Of a DNA stretch of 64,000 nt, positions 1 through 12,439 are shown one piece after another. Position 1 is the first letter of the stretch. Every line of letters starts with the position of its first letter. The stretch lies in NCBI GenBank assembly GCA_965113315.1, contig OZ220364.1; one strand, 5' to 3'. This DNA comes from Podarcis vaucheri (Eukaryota). The notes beneath the pieces are model-generated. The model saw only the letters and a list, made by a program, of their open reading frames with translations. It ran no database searches and had not been told where the DNA came from. The position numbers were made by a program, and so were the translations under genes.

Positions 1-2810
1 AAAGGTTAAGTTTGCAATCATTGGATATCAGTTCTGAGTTTACTTAGATTGAGAGATGGCTAAATATTTGAATCTGCATTTTCATTGCTGAGCGGGCATT
101 TGAACATACATTTCCCCCACGCTGCTCAGTGCTGAACTCAAACTGGTCTGCCACGCTGACCTTTGTAAAGAACGTTATCCCTTAAGCCTCTCATAGGCAG
201 AGACATTCCAAATTGGCTTCCATTTTTAAACTTCATGCTGCCTTTTCTAACTATCTTTGCAAAATTCTGGCCTTTCACCAGAAGTTCTTGGCCGTTAGGA
301 TTTATTCTGAGGATTTGTGGCTCACATTTTAGACATTGTCTGGTCTAACATTAGAGAAGGAATTGGGCACAATTGGGTACTTTTGCTCCCCAAGCTCAAG
401 AAGTTGACTATTAGCGCTTTAAGTGACTGTCTGCCTTTAATCACCCTATCTGATCCCCAGAGTCCACATCATGTGCCAATTTCTTCTGCCAGGCTAATAT
501 TTCAGGTAATGGTGGTACATGCAAGAATAGCAAAGGCAGAAGCCTGCAACATCAGCTTCACTGCATAGGGAGGGAGGTCCCCTGGCAGAAAAGGTACCTG
601 TCATTTTCAAGGACATTGCCTTTTGGTGTTGCATAAAGTGACAGAAGAAGTGTGTGGGAAGCTGGTGAACAGACACATTCTGGAATAATTGCAACAATAT
701 GCATATACTGTAACATTTGAAGTTCCTCACTGGCAATAGGTGTAGAATAAATGGATAGGAATATATCTGTTTGCTGGATTTATGCTAGGGTAAATTCTAT
801 ACATTTATAGTTCTACTGAATTAGAGCGTAGGGAAACAGGCTAACTCTTCTGGGAATGCTATTAAGCACAGACAAATCTATGTGGCCTTTTCTGTCCTGC
901 ACTCTGGGCATCCAGTAAGAGGGTCAGGTAATGCCAATGCTCTAGTCAACGTTATTGATGTAGTTCACCTGTCCCCCAGAGCATATACTGCAACGCACCA
1001 ATTCCTAGGCATTAACTAAACATTTTTAGAACTTTATTCCCACTAAATTCCTAACAACTACCCTGCTTCATTTCTTGATTCTGAACCAGATCAATTTTAT
1101 TTTAAGAAGTCTTTCTGGTACGCCCAGGAAATCCAACGACACACTCCCCCTTTGGAAACAGCCTAAGTCAACCATATCTTACAACTGTGCACACAAAAAA
1201 TGTGCAGTTTGGAACAATCCCTTTAAGCAGCCTATTCCCAAGCATTCAGACACTAGTCCATTTAGACACTTGTTTTTGTCTGCTTGCATTAGAATGTATT
1301 AAAGTATCCCAATAGTACATTAAGTAGTTAACACGTGTTGTCTAAATTATACTCTTCCAGGAGATGCAAGTTCTAGTTACCATATGCACAACAATTTTTT
1401 CAAGTGGCTGAATGCTGAGTTAAAGTGATCATGTCAGATCTTCACTTCTCTCTATTGGCTGCCATTCACTTTCATTGCAAAACTTATTTACTTAGTATTT
1501 TCATGGCATTCCCCTACCCTGCTATTTTGGTCCTTTATTCTGATATATCCCTGCAAGAGACATTCCCCATCACTACTCTGTCACCCATGTTCACCCCCAA
1601 GGTTTCCTGCTCATTTCTCTCTCTGGTTATCAGTGTGCTGGAACTCCTTTTTAGATGATCTATGATGGAATTATTATATCTGTATCTGTCCCCTGACCAC
1701 AATCACATAGTTAAAAAAAACTCAGTTATGACCTTCATTACATTTATTTGTGCTTTTTGTCATTTTACCTTACACTGCCATAGCCTTTTTATGCTCCCTT
1801 GGGTATATTGATCAGTTATGTGTTCGATAGATAAAGAAAATAAGAGCCAGAAAACAGAGGTGCAATCAGGAACATATATACTGAACACATTTTCCAGAAT
1901 GGTAGTTGTGGTAATTGCTTGAAAACAACTGGAAAGAGTCTTGTTGTTACACTTTAAACTCTAAACCATTTATTAAGGCACAAAGCTCTATGGATTAGAG
2001 TCCACCTTCTCAGATGCAACAAGCCTTATCCTCAGGTACTCTTCTTGTTTGCCATCCCAGAAAGCATCTGGTTTAACAGATAGGTTCTAAAACCTACTAA
2101 GTGTTGTGTATCTCAATGCTACTGATATATATAGACTCTGTGCTTTAGTGAATGTGCTATATACTTTTATATTTTAAACAACAATGATGCTTGTTGGTGT
2201 CTGGTGTCAACCATGCTACCAATCTCTTTGTTGTAAATATACAACTTTGATGACAGTGAGATGGCACATAGCATTGTTTATTCATCAGCACAGGAAGAAA
2301 TGTGGAATGATTGGCAGCCCTGAAGGGCAGAGACAATTTTATTTCCTTTCATCTTTAGGATGTAGGTGAATTGGGAAAGTAGGTTCCCTGTTTTCATCCC
2401 TCGTCTAAAAGTAGCCACTCTTTAAGAGGAAAGGGCCATTTTATGGCAAATCTTTTGCTGGCATTTCTTGATTATATCCAGCATGATGCCCAGAGGAACT
2501 GCAGAACTGTTTTGAAGTGTTGGTGCGGTGGGAGGTAGTCCAGAGAGCAGCCCAGTCACCAGATGTCTCCTGCCTTTTTCTTGAGAAGGTCTGTGGTGGC
2601 TCAAGGGCATTCTGAACTCTTGTTTTGGCCATAGGGAGAGGCTACCTGCTTGTCTGTCTGAGTCTGTCGTACAGATGCAGAACGACACAGGTGTGCATAA
2701 CAAGTGCTGCTGAATGTAACAGGAGCTTTACAAATGTGGCCTTTTATTCTCCAGAATTACATTTTAAAAAGAGAGGCAAGAATTAAGGGCCAAGGGAACA
2801 ATGTTGGTTG

Positions 2811-2843
<33 letters not shown>
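2811..2843. repeat. (CT)n microsatellite
   Basis: Direct CT dinucleotide run with one interruption. Confidence 0.9.
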
Positions 2844-2891
2844 CCCCTCTGCTGGCAAAATCAGCCACCCTGCACAACAGTTAAGCCAATG

Positions 2892-3060
2892 CAGTGGCGT
2901 AGCGTGGGTTGTCAGCACCCGGGGCAAGGCAAGTAATTTGCGCCCCCTAACCTGTGGATTTGCGCCCCCTAACCCGTGGATTTGCGCACCCTAACCCTAA
3001 CCCCCAGATGTTGCGCCCGGTGCGGCCGGCCCCCCCTGCACCCCCCACGCTACGCCACTG
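2892..3060. mobile_element. GC-rich hAT-type MITE (short form)
   Basis: TIR CAGTGGCGTAGCGTGGG / CCCACGCTACGCCACTG; perfect 8-bp TSD AGCCAATG (2884-2891, 3061-3068). Confidence 0.92.
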
Positions 3061-3457
3061 AGCCAATGTATACTATTTCTCATAGAGTCAGGTAATTTTA
3101 AAGACAGTTCGTCCCTCTGCTTAATAGTATCATAATCTTATGGGGCAAGAAAGAAAGCTCCAGACAGTAATCATAAGTCACTGTAACAAAGTTTATATTA
3201 CACAGGTTGGTTGCATTTGGGGTGGGAATTATGTAAAGTTTGTAGGGTGACCAAAAAACCCCCAATCAAGAATAAAATAAAATAGCTGGGAAACAAAGGA
3301 TTTGGTTATGAGTTGCATACAAGGATTAAATATTATCTTAAGAGCCTCCCTTCCCCACTCAGTGTGGAGAAGTGAAAATGGAAAAAAAAAGAGGATGTGT
3401 TAAATGGAGCACATGGCAGCAACATTTCACATGTGGGAACATGCTTCAAAAGCATTA

Positions 3458-3463
3458 TTTATT
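3458..3463 (-). terminator. Candidate polyadenylation signal (AATAAA) of the TBC1D24-like gene
   Basis: TTTATT on the plus strand at the edge of an AT-rich, 3'UTR-like block about 1.35 kb past the stop codon. Other AATAAA hexamers exist nearby (about 3566 and 4547). Confidence 0.35.
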
Positions 3464-3997
3464 ATAACACAATTTGAAAAACAGTACATATTTCAAAATA
3501 TAAAGATACCTGAAGGAAAATGCATCATACACAAAAAAATAGATTGATATACATTACCTTAGAATTTATTATTTCAATGATTTATAAACACATTTTAAAA
3601 AAACTGCTGTTCTTTTGCTCTAGTATGTGGCATTATTATTATTAAGCTACCATCTATCTTTGCCCCAAACAATCCAATATAAAAGGAGTCCTTGGAAATT
3701 TCCATCCGGTTTGTCTAATAAAAGGGAGCAGAATGTGACCGTTTCTGTATCTTCATTAAAATTAAACCTTTCAGACATCTAAGTAGAAGAGTTTTCAGAG
3801 CAAATGACAAAAAGCAGAGGTTGGGAAGATGTGTCCTCCCAACTCCCATCAGCCCCAACAACATGGCCAATGGTCATGGTTGTAGGAGATGGAGTCCAAC
3901 AACAGGTTGGAGGGTCACAGGTTTCTCATCCCTGTGGTAAAATAATATATTTTTTATTATCACCAGAAAGCCTCAGAGACATACATTGGTTTTAGTT

Positions 3998-4254
3998 CAG
4001 GAGTCGGCAAGGTTTACCACACCTGGGCCAGTTCACTCCAGCGGAGATCCCTCTGTGGGCCAGATAGCGCATGCACTCACAATTTTCAGCATCTCCGCAT
4101 GCACGGACGCGATTTTCGGTGTCGCAGAAGCGAGTTTAGTGCAGCGCGCAGGGGCTTGCCAAGCAGGCAGCTCGGTTCAGGGGCAGCTCATGGGCTGGTT
4201 AAACGACCCCTGTGGGCTGCTTGTGGCTCATGGGCCTTAGGTTGCCGGCCCCTG
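3998..4254. mobile_element. hAT-type MITE
   Basis: TIR CAGGAGTCGGCAA / TTGCCGGCCCCTG; 8-bp TSD TTTTAGTT / TTTTAGCT. Confidence 0.85.
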
Positions 4255-4295
4255 TTTTAGCTGGTATTCCATCTTATTAAAATACTTTTCATATA

Positions 4296-4526
4296 CAGTG
4301 GTACCTCGGGTTAAGCACTTAATTCGTTCTGGAGGTCCATTTGTAACCTGAGACTGTTCTTAACCTGAGACACCACTTTAGCTAATGGGGCCTTCCGCTG
4401 CCACCGTGCCATTTATGTTCTCATCCTGAAGCCAAGTTCTTAACATGAGGCAATATCTCTGGGTTAGCGGAGTCTGTAACCTGAAGCGTCTGTAACCTGA
4501 AGTGTCTGTAACCCGAGGTACCGTTG
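4296..4526. mobile_element. Tc1/mariner (Tigger-like) MITE
   Basis: TIR CAGTGGTACCTCGGGTTA / TAACCCGAGGTACCGTTG; TA TSD; same family as 17053 and 18760. Confidence 0.9.
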
Positions 4527-4801
4527 TACTATCGCTACTACATCAGTTTATTCACATTTTTATCCCATTTCCCCTCATCTTATTTATAGTTGGTTGGGAC
4601 TATTTCCCTTTGTTCGTATTGTTCACTAGAAAGCCTAGTGCCAAAAGTCTCGCATTAGTGGACAGTTTCCAAAATGTGTGAAAATGTTCTGCTCCTGACA
4701 TCTCCAGATACCACCTTGTGTCATTTCTTTCACTACCAGTTGTCATGCCCAGTGCTGTGGAGATGAATGCCAGCCTGAAATATTGCATCTCATTGGCACT
4801 A

Positions 4802-4947
4802 TCAGGAGTTTTGAAAGCCCCAGACTTCTAGAAGCTGCACCTGGAAGTTTTCTTGGCAGAGAGGAGGGTTGTCAAATGTTTCGCAGTGCTCCGTTCTCCC
4901 ATGATGCAGATCAGCGTCAATAAACAGAGCTTGGCCTCCTCCACCAC
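4802..4947 (-). CDS. TBC1D24-like last coding exon (TLDc C-terminus and stop)
   Basis: (G)[47 protein letters not shown] (TGA then TAG). Acceptor ttttcccccAG. Exon lengths 983+159+64+96+265+146 = 1713 nt = 570 aa + stop. Confidence 0.95.
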
Positions 4948-5960
4948 CTGGGGGAAAATGAACAGAGATTTGTTGTGAGCTGTGAAAAGCAAACTGAAAT
5001 GCTGTCCTCTGTTGTATGATCAGTAGCAGATTTCATTGCTGTGAAGTTAAATCTGAAACACTCTGACTGGAGGACAGCAGCATATGCAGGGGCACAGAAA
5101 AGAAATGTGTGTACGGTATATCGGCCCCAAATCTGGTATTTTGCAAAACTAGTTCCTTTTCATTATAGTTACTCTGTCAGCAAACCACCTGATGAAACAT
5201 AGTAACAACCATTCAAATGGCTTCGTCTAAATAATTGAACTGGTGAAAGACAGCGAAGGGATTAATCTTGCATTTCCAGAGACTAAACCTGACCTAAATT
5301 TCAACACGGTTTGCAAGGAGCTCCAAAATAAGCTTTTAAACTGGAAAGGCATATGCCTATCTTACGCCAAAGTACTTGGGAATATTTTCTGTGCTAATGT
5401 GATCATGTAGCCTCCTAGTGGCTGTCATCAGTAGGCATAGTATTCTCAAGCTGCATGTGCTGCTAGGTTGCTCACATATAGCACAGCACCCCTAAATTAT
5501 ATACGAGCACAAAGTTCTCTCAGTTTAGATTAATGCCTTATTCTGCATGCAAATAGTGTAGTCCATAGGTGTATATTGCTGCATGCAAGCAGTCAGGCCT
5601 CATTGTAATATCACTGGTAGGCTGTCAATTTGATAATATTTGTGCTCAGTTCCTCTATGAAATGTTTTGGTTTATCCTTTACCCCTAACAGCAGGGATGT
5701 GGGATCTGTTGCTAAACTGCAACACCCATCAGACCCAACCAGCATGGTCAATGTTTAGGTGTTTGTGCAGGACAGGTCACATGGCACATTCAGTTCTACC
5801 CCAACACCACCATGCCACTGCTGCCTCCCTTGCCTGCCAGCAACTGCTGCTTGAGGCAGCTTCCCCGCTCTTAATGATAGGGCCAGTCCTGGGTGCCAGA
5901 AATGTCTGTGGCACTATGGTCTCTGTGACAGCTATAGTGTCATAGTAGAAGCATAGCTAC

Positions 5961-6225
5961 CTATGATGATCTCTTTCTGAGTTCCAGACATGAACATGGA
6001 GGCTGTTTTGGAAGGCAGCTTGAAGTGTCGAATAGCCAGGAATGGAGAGAGGCGGTATTTAATCATGTCCAACACTGGCACAGTGAGGTGGTTTGAGCTG
6101 GTTGTTGAGTGACCTTCGGAAGAGAAGGGAGATGGAGAGCGCGGGCGTGGGGATCGAGGCAGAGCTTTAGCTTGTTCTGGCTTCTTGATGAACACCCACT
6201 CATATCTCTCCATTTCTGGGTGAAC
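5961..6225 (-). CDS. TBC1D24-like coding exon 5
   Basis: VHPEMERYEWVFIKKPE...RLSPFLAIRHFKLPSKTASMFMSGTQKEIII(G). Acceptor ttttgctttgaaAG, donor GTAGCT, 265 nt. Confidence 0.93.
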
Positions 6226-6438
6226 CTTTCAAAGCAAAATGACATAAATCAAGTATATTTTTCCATTGCGGTTGCTCTGCTAGGGCAGCACAGGAACAGG
6301 AGAGCACATAGGGCCTGAGCCCATCTGACTGGCAGCAGCTCCCCAGGGTTTCAGGGAGGGGTCTCTCCTAGCCCTGGAGGTGCCAGAGATTGAACTTGGC
6401 ACTATGTGCTACTCTGAGCTGTGGCCCTTCCCCTGGGA

Positions 6439-6637
6439 CAGAGCTTTCCAAACTTTTCATGTTGGTGACACACTTTTTCAACATGCATTATTTCGCAACA
6501 CAGTCGTTTAGTTTTACTAGCAAACTGGAGGTCAAACCTTCCAGCCCTGGGAGGCACACAGGGAGTTTTCATGCAGCACACCTACACACTGGAGGCAACA
6601 CACTAAAGTGTCACGACACAGAGATTGGAAAGCTATG
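6439..6637. mobile_element. hAT-type MITE
   Basis: TIR CAGAGCTTTCCAA / TTGGAAAGCTATG; degenerate 8-bp TSD; adjoins a tRNA-SINE remnant at about 6290-6435. Confidence 0.7.
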
Positions 6638-7203
6638 CCCCAGGGCATGACTCCTTGAGGGAACTGGTTCCAACTGAGCTCCTGGTAACCTCAATATGAA
6701 CATAGTGCACATAGAATTTAAGGCTTGGAGGGAACCTTCAAGATAATCTAGACTAGGGTTTTCCAAACTTGGGTCTCCAGCTGATTTTGGACTGCAGTCC
6801 CAGTCATCCCTGACTACATGCAGGAAGCCCACTGTGCTCACATGTCATGCTGCGCTTTCAGAACAAGGTGGCACAGAATAGGAAATTGCAACAGGTAGAG
6901 CCCTGCCCTCTTCTACAGCTGGTTGGCCGCCTTACCTAGTAGGGGTGTTGAGACTCACAGCTACATTTTGGGATAGGCAGAGTGGGCTTCAACTTTAGCC
7001 TGAAAATGCATTTTGAGGCTCACATTTAATTTTTACTGCTTATTTATATGGTGTTGGTGCTGCTGGTGGGACCCACTTTAGTTCGCACTGTGATCCAGTA
7101 TTGGTCAGGCTGTGACCTACCAGTTGAAGGCCAATGAATAAAAGGACTTTAAAAATTGTAAAATCAACCCAATCTCCATTGTGGGAATAAATTTTAGACT
7201 CAC

Positions 7204-7299
7204 TGTGAAAACAAAGCATTCTCCTGTGCCAAAGAAACTTGATGTCCCCCCACTTTTTTTCCTTTCGCTCCAGTCAGAGGACAGAAATGCTCCACACAC
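7204..7299 (-). CDS. TBC1D24-like coding exon 4
   Basis: [32 protein letters not shown], containing the TLDc [10 protein letters not shown] motif. Acceptor ccatacAG, donor GTGAGT, 96 nt. Confidence 0.95.
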
Positions 7300-7918
7300 C
7301 TGTATGGAAGGAAGAGGCAAGAAGCAATAAATTCTGTCATTTGTCATTCCTAGAGGATCACAGAAAGAGCTGAGGAGCCAAATATATATCTTTTATCACA
7401 GAAGATTGATAGGGTCACTCCCTTCGAACGCTTTAATTGGAGCAGCACAGCCATTATTGGATATGGCTATGTACCAAATAGAGTAGTGTCACAAAATGAG
7501 ATACTATCACAGTCTTTCAGCCATTTTATGACAGCATAATAAGCAGATAAAACTGGAGCAAATATTAGGATAGGGACTTTGGATTGACAGAGAGCTTAAG
7601 GTTTGTAATTTGTGATCTCTCGCTGTTAATTAAACTAAATTTTAAAATGTGTCTTCCCTTCAATGACATGCAGATCTGGGGTGTCTAACAAATCAAAGAA
7701 ACATGGATTACACGCTATAATTCAAGCCTTCTTTTAAAAAGTTTTAAGCAAAACAGCATGAAACCAGAACATTAAAAAGTTAAAAACTTTAAAGAGCACC
7801 ATAAAAGACAGGACTTTTGTTAAAGACCTGAAGGCTGAGCCTTCTTGGAAAGAAGATTGTCGAGGCAAAGCCCCACAACAGAAAAGGCCTCTCCTCACTC
7901 ACCTCTGATCACCTAGAC

Positions 7919-8056
7919 CAGTGGTTCTCAACCTGTGGGTCCCCAGATGTTGTTGGACTACAACTCCCATCACCCCTGAGCTCTGGCCTTGCTAGCTAGG
8001 GGTGATAGGAGTTGTAGTTCAACAACATCTGGGGACCCACAGGTTGAGAAAGGCTG
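7919..8056. mobile_element. Palindromic hAT MITE (MER5-like fold-back)
   Basis: Nearly full-length inverted repeat (TTCTCAACCTGTGGGTCCCCAGATGTTGTTG... / ...CAACAACATCTGGGGACCCACAGGTTGAGAA); TSD ACCTAGAC / ACATAGAC. Confidence 0.88.
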
Positions 8057-8855
8057 ACATAGACAGAGAGGGGGGCCTGAGCAGGTTGAGGTGGAAGCAA
8101 GTGTTCCTTCAGGTACCCAGCCATGAAGATAAGCACCACCCATAATGTGTCAATGTCACTTTAGTTAAAGGAAAGCCTGGACCATTTCACGTGTTACATT
8201 TTGAAGTGTACACCTAAGATTATGAGTGGAAAGCAATGTGTTGTCCTTGGCTGCAGCTCCCTATTGAGTATGAAAACTTGGTGGAACAGAACTTGGTGGT
8301 TCTTTTTCCTTTCTTAGGAGTGAAACAGATATGCAACTGGCATGTAACTGACATCCAAAGTAGCACAGTTACGAATAAATACACTCATTCATTTGTTATG
8401 ACAAAATAGCTTTGCTTGCCCAGTATTGCTGTCTTTAGGAGTGACCCAAGAAAAGTAATAGTGCCTTCTATCAATTCTGAAAGAACAGTACTGTTTGGAA
8501 GCATCCCTTTCACCTGGGGGTAAGGTAACCTGTACTGTCCTGTGTCTCGAAACAGATGCTCTTTATAGCCTTCCTAACCATTCTGACCCAGGTCTCAATT
8601 TGCCTCCACGATCGCCACTCTTCCCGATTTGGCAAGCATCAGAGTGAGTTACAGATATGAACGAACAAATGCTTGTGTTCACTATTCAGCGAGGATCCTT
8701 CAGCAGAGAATTTCGGGACTTGTTTCTAGTCCAGGCAGAGTTTACAGAGTACCCTGCTGATGGTTTCTGACATTTCTGTTATTTGCGTTTTCAGCCTAGA
8801 CCCATAGAAGAAAGGCCCGACCCACAGGTCTCTCGGATGCTCAGAAGAGACTTAC

Positions 8856-8919
8856 TTCCCCCAGTGTGGTTTTTAACAGCAGTACCGTTGGTTCATAGCC
8901 TTCACAGCAGGAATAAAAC
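8856..8919 (-). CDS. TBC1D24-like coding exon 3
   Basis: (R)FYSCCEGYEPTVLLLKTTLGE. Acceptor tttcttgcAG, donor GTAAGT, 64 nt. Not in the ORF track. Confidence 0.93.
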
Positions 8920-10936
8920 CTGCAAGAAACAAAGATGGAAGAAGGATGAACTAATGTCAGGGAAAGCAATCCCATTATAGCACTGAGGTGGAAGTCGAAT
9001 GGACTGTGACCTGTCAGCACAGTACATTCTACTTTATTGCATTACTAGGAAGCCTGGGGCAATGAAAGCATCAAGGTGCAAGCAAAACAGGCTTCCTGCA
9101 TAATCATCCAGATCCACTGCATGCTTTCCACATTAAGAACAAGAGTCCTGCTGGATCAGGCCAAAGGCTTGTGTAAGCCACCCAAACTGCCTGTTGCACT
9201 CTATGCTCTTCTGTTTCTTCTTTGGCTGGACCCCATGATGCTTTGCATCCTCCTGCCTGGGTTTGGGGGAGGATTTTTTGGACTAAGTCCACTGCTGGTG
9301 AAAGAAGAAGTAATGCAGGGAGGAGATGGAGTTGCAACACTGATACAGGTCTCTGCAGAAGTTGGATGTAACTTCATCCCTTTGGTGTTTTCATGCATCA
9401 CTGAGAAATCTGTCTGTGCATCACTTTCGATAGGTTTGGACGCTACTAGTTTAAATACCTGGAGGAATAGCAGTACGTAGTGACAGTCATCAATCTCCTC
9501 GTGCTTACCATTGCTGTGTTAAACAGGCAGCCTTTGCAAACTCATAAAGGAGAGGTGGCAAAAACACTCCTTCGTTCATTTTCAGTATTGTTTAGGGATG
9601 TGTAATAACAGGCAAAGCTGGCATGCTATGTGGAGTTTGAAGCCAGAATTTTTGCTCAGTGGTGCAGGTAATTGCTCAGATAAAATTTTAAGCACAACAT
9701 AATCTCAGGGGTGCATGCAGGATCTTGACATACGATTCCTAGGTCTGAAATCAGGCGGCTTAATTGTGATTGCGAAAGGTTATTTCTTTGGAGGTGGGTG
9801 TGTCTTAACTATTATTTGCCCCAGGACTGTGACACTGATCAGATCCTACTATATATCTTCTGAGACGGCAGGGGGAGCTTTCACACTTCTACCAAGCAGA
9901 CCATCAGGGCTGTTTTCTAACAAGATTTGCTGTTGTTACATATGTCCCAGTGTACCTGGCCAGACTTCAATATTTACGTTCTTTTATTTTGGAAATGTCA
10001 ATAGAAAATAGCTCGAGGCCCATCTCTTTGTAATGACAGAATGGCCAGGTGCTAGTATGAGATGCAAGGCCTGCAAAGCGAGTCCTGGGAACTTTCCAAG
10101 GTAGTCATCACAAATTCATGGTTGACCCTTCTGACATTAGCAGGCTGCATCCCTATAGCCGCTTCTGCATGCACATTTTCAAAACAGCGGGGGGGGGGGG
10201 AGGACAACACTGGCAGCAGCCTCCAAATGATCCATGGAGCAAAATTAAGCAGTGCTTCCCTTCGCTTATTTGTGTGTTGCATTGAAATCTTAACATGATA
10301 TTGTACAGGTTTTTTTTGCCTTTTGCTTTTAGTCAGTCCTGATTCCAGAAGACTTCTCTCCAAGCAACATAAATGTTATGGGTCAGAAGCATAGGAACAC
10401 TTCCTTTCCATCAGCCTGGAGCAGAGGAAGGGAAGGGAAGCAGGGCCACTCCAGAGAGATCAGCTCCATTTTGCTTCTTCTCTTCCTCAACTGTTTCCAC
10501 CCCAACTGATCCTTATACAATCTTTAAAAACCATTCCTGGAGTTTTCTTATTCCCTTTTTATCACGTTGTGTCATGCTAGTCTGAGGGCACACACTATTA
10601 TCGATCTCATGTCAGCTACCTTGGGAGCCCTTTTAGCTGAAGAAATGTTTTAAACAAACATTATCCCTATGTCAATTCCTGTGCAAAAATAATAATAATT
10701 CATTGGGGCACATTCTCACATTAATTCTTAAGCCTAGATAAATGCCCTGAATAATAAGCAACAGTCCACCATCATGTTCTCACAGTAGCCAACTAGTTGC
10801 TTCTGGGAAGCTCGCAAGCAAAATCTGAGTGCAACAGTAGTCTCCACACTTGTGATTCCCAGAAATTGGCATTCAGAGGCATACTGCCTCCAACAGATAA
10901 CTTCTTGTTATTTATTAAATTTGTGTGCCTCCTTTC

Positions 10937-11633
10937 CAGGGCCAGATTTAGGTTTGATGAGGCCCTAAGCTACTGAAGGGACGCAGGTGGTGCTGTGGGT
11001 TGAACCACAGAGTCAAGGGCTTGCCGATCAGAAGGTCGGTGGTTTGAATCCCCTCGACGGGATGAGATCCCATTGCTCAGTCCCAGCTCCTAACAACCTA
11101 GCGGTTTGAAAGCACATCAGAGTGCAAGTAGATAAATAGGTACTGCTCCGGCGGGAAGGTATACAGCGTTTCCGTGTGCTGCTCTGGTTCGCCAGAAGTG
11201 GCTTAGTCATGCTGGCCACATGACATGGAAGCTGTACAACGGCTCCCTCAGCCAGTAAAGCAAGATGAGTGCCGAGCCGCAACCCCAGAGTCGTCCACGA
11301 CGGGACCTAACAGTCAGGGGTCCCTTTACCTTTTAAGCTACTGAAGGTAATGGGACCCTTTGTATGTCCAGCTGTCAACAACAAATTGTCACTGTTTTTT
11401 GTGTTGAATATTTTAGGGAGCAGGCTAGCAGGCGGGGCCCATTATTTACACATCATAGGAGCCTACACAACTCAAAACACTGTTGCTGTATGTACGCTTT
11501 ATTTTATTTGTTTTTTATCTTATATTTTGGAAATGTACATCCAGGTGTTTTTTCCTTTACATTTTTTGGGGGCCCCCAAGAGAGTGGGGCCCTAAACTAT
11601 AGCTTGTTTAGCTTATACATAAAACCGGCACTG
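10937..11633. mobile_element. hAT-type MITE interrupted by a Sauria SINE
   Basis: TIR CAGGGCCAGATTTA / TAAAACCGGCACTG; imperfect TSD CTCCTTTC / CTCTGTTC. Confidence 0.75.
10980..11333 (+). mobile_element. Sauria SINE (Squam1)
   Basis: GGGACGCAGGTGGTGCTGTGG head, GCAAGTAGATAAATAGGTAC core, CCTTTACCTTT tail; 14-bp TSD TAAGCTACTGAAGG. Confidence 0.92.
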
Positions 11634-12280
11634 CTCTGTTCATCTGAAGGTCACAGGGTGGTTCACAACATAAAAATACAAAGTGAGAACACAAAATACA
11701 TAATAAACCCAAACACAACGCACCATTCCAAGGCAAAGTAACACACTTCACAGGATATTACCGGTACCTCATTTCCTCCACAACCCTGAATTATTCCCCA
11801 AGCCTCCCTGAATGAACAAGCCTTGTTGTGGCTCGTAACCATTGATACCCATATCCATGATTTTTTTCTCATTTCCTTCTAAAGCCATCCAAATTAGTGG
11901 TCATTCCATAGGTTAGCTATGCACTGTGCAAAGGACTACCCTGAGTCTTCACTGGATAGTCCCAAGTCTTCTGTGGAAGAGAGAGAAAAATCTCTCTCCA
12001 CTGGTTTAGCTATGTACTATGTGAAGAAGTATTTCCTTTTATGCTTCTTGAAACTTCCCACATTCAGCTTCACCGGATGGCCCCAGGTTCTAGTATTAGG
12101 AGAGATGAAAAAAAGCTTTTCTTCTCACCATGCATAATTTTATAAAACCTTATCATGTCTCCCATTACTTGCCTTATAACTAAACTAAAAAGCCCCAAAT
12201 GTTTTAACCTTTCTGTTCATTTTCTTTATCCTGTTTAGAATTCTGATGGTTTGAAACTCACTGTGCGGATGCCAACTTAC

Positions 12281-12439
12281 CTCTGCAAGCTGTATCCATT
12301 TTCTGAAGTTGAGAATATGCGGACAGGTGAGAACAAAGAAAATCGTTCAGGGATCCAGGACCAGACAACACGCATTTCCTGAGCAGTAACAATGGTGGAA
12401 GAGAAATTGTGGGCATTCACAGTGAGGTGAAATGGTTGC
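12281..12439 (-). CDS. TBC1D24-like coding exon 2 (start of TLDc domain)
   Basis: (R)QPFHLTVNAHNFSSTIVTAQEMRVVWSWIPERFSLFSPVRIFSTSENGYSLQ(R). Acceptor ctgtacAG, donor GTAAGT, 159 nt, phase-compatible with the previous exon. Confidence 0.95.

Noticed and set aside
9201-9458. Extra TBC1D24-like exon (acceptor ttcctccAG, long open frame)
   Set aside because: In the phase left by exon 2 it reads RYLN-stop; the long frame is out of phase and has no recognisable homology.
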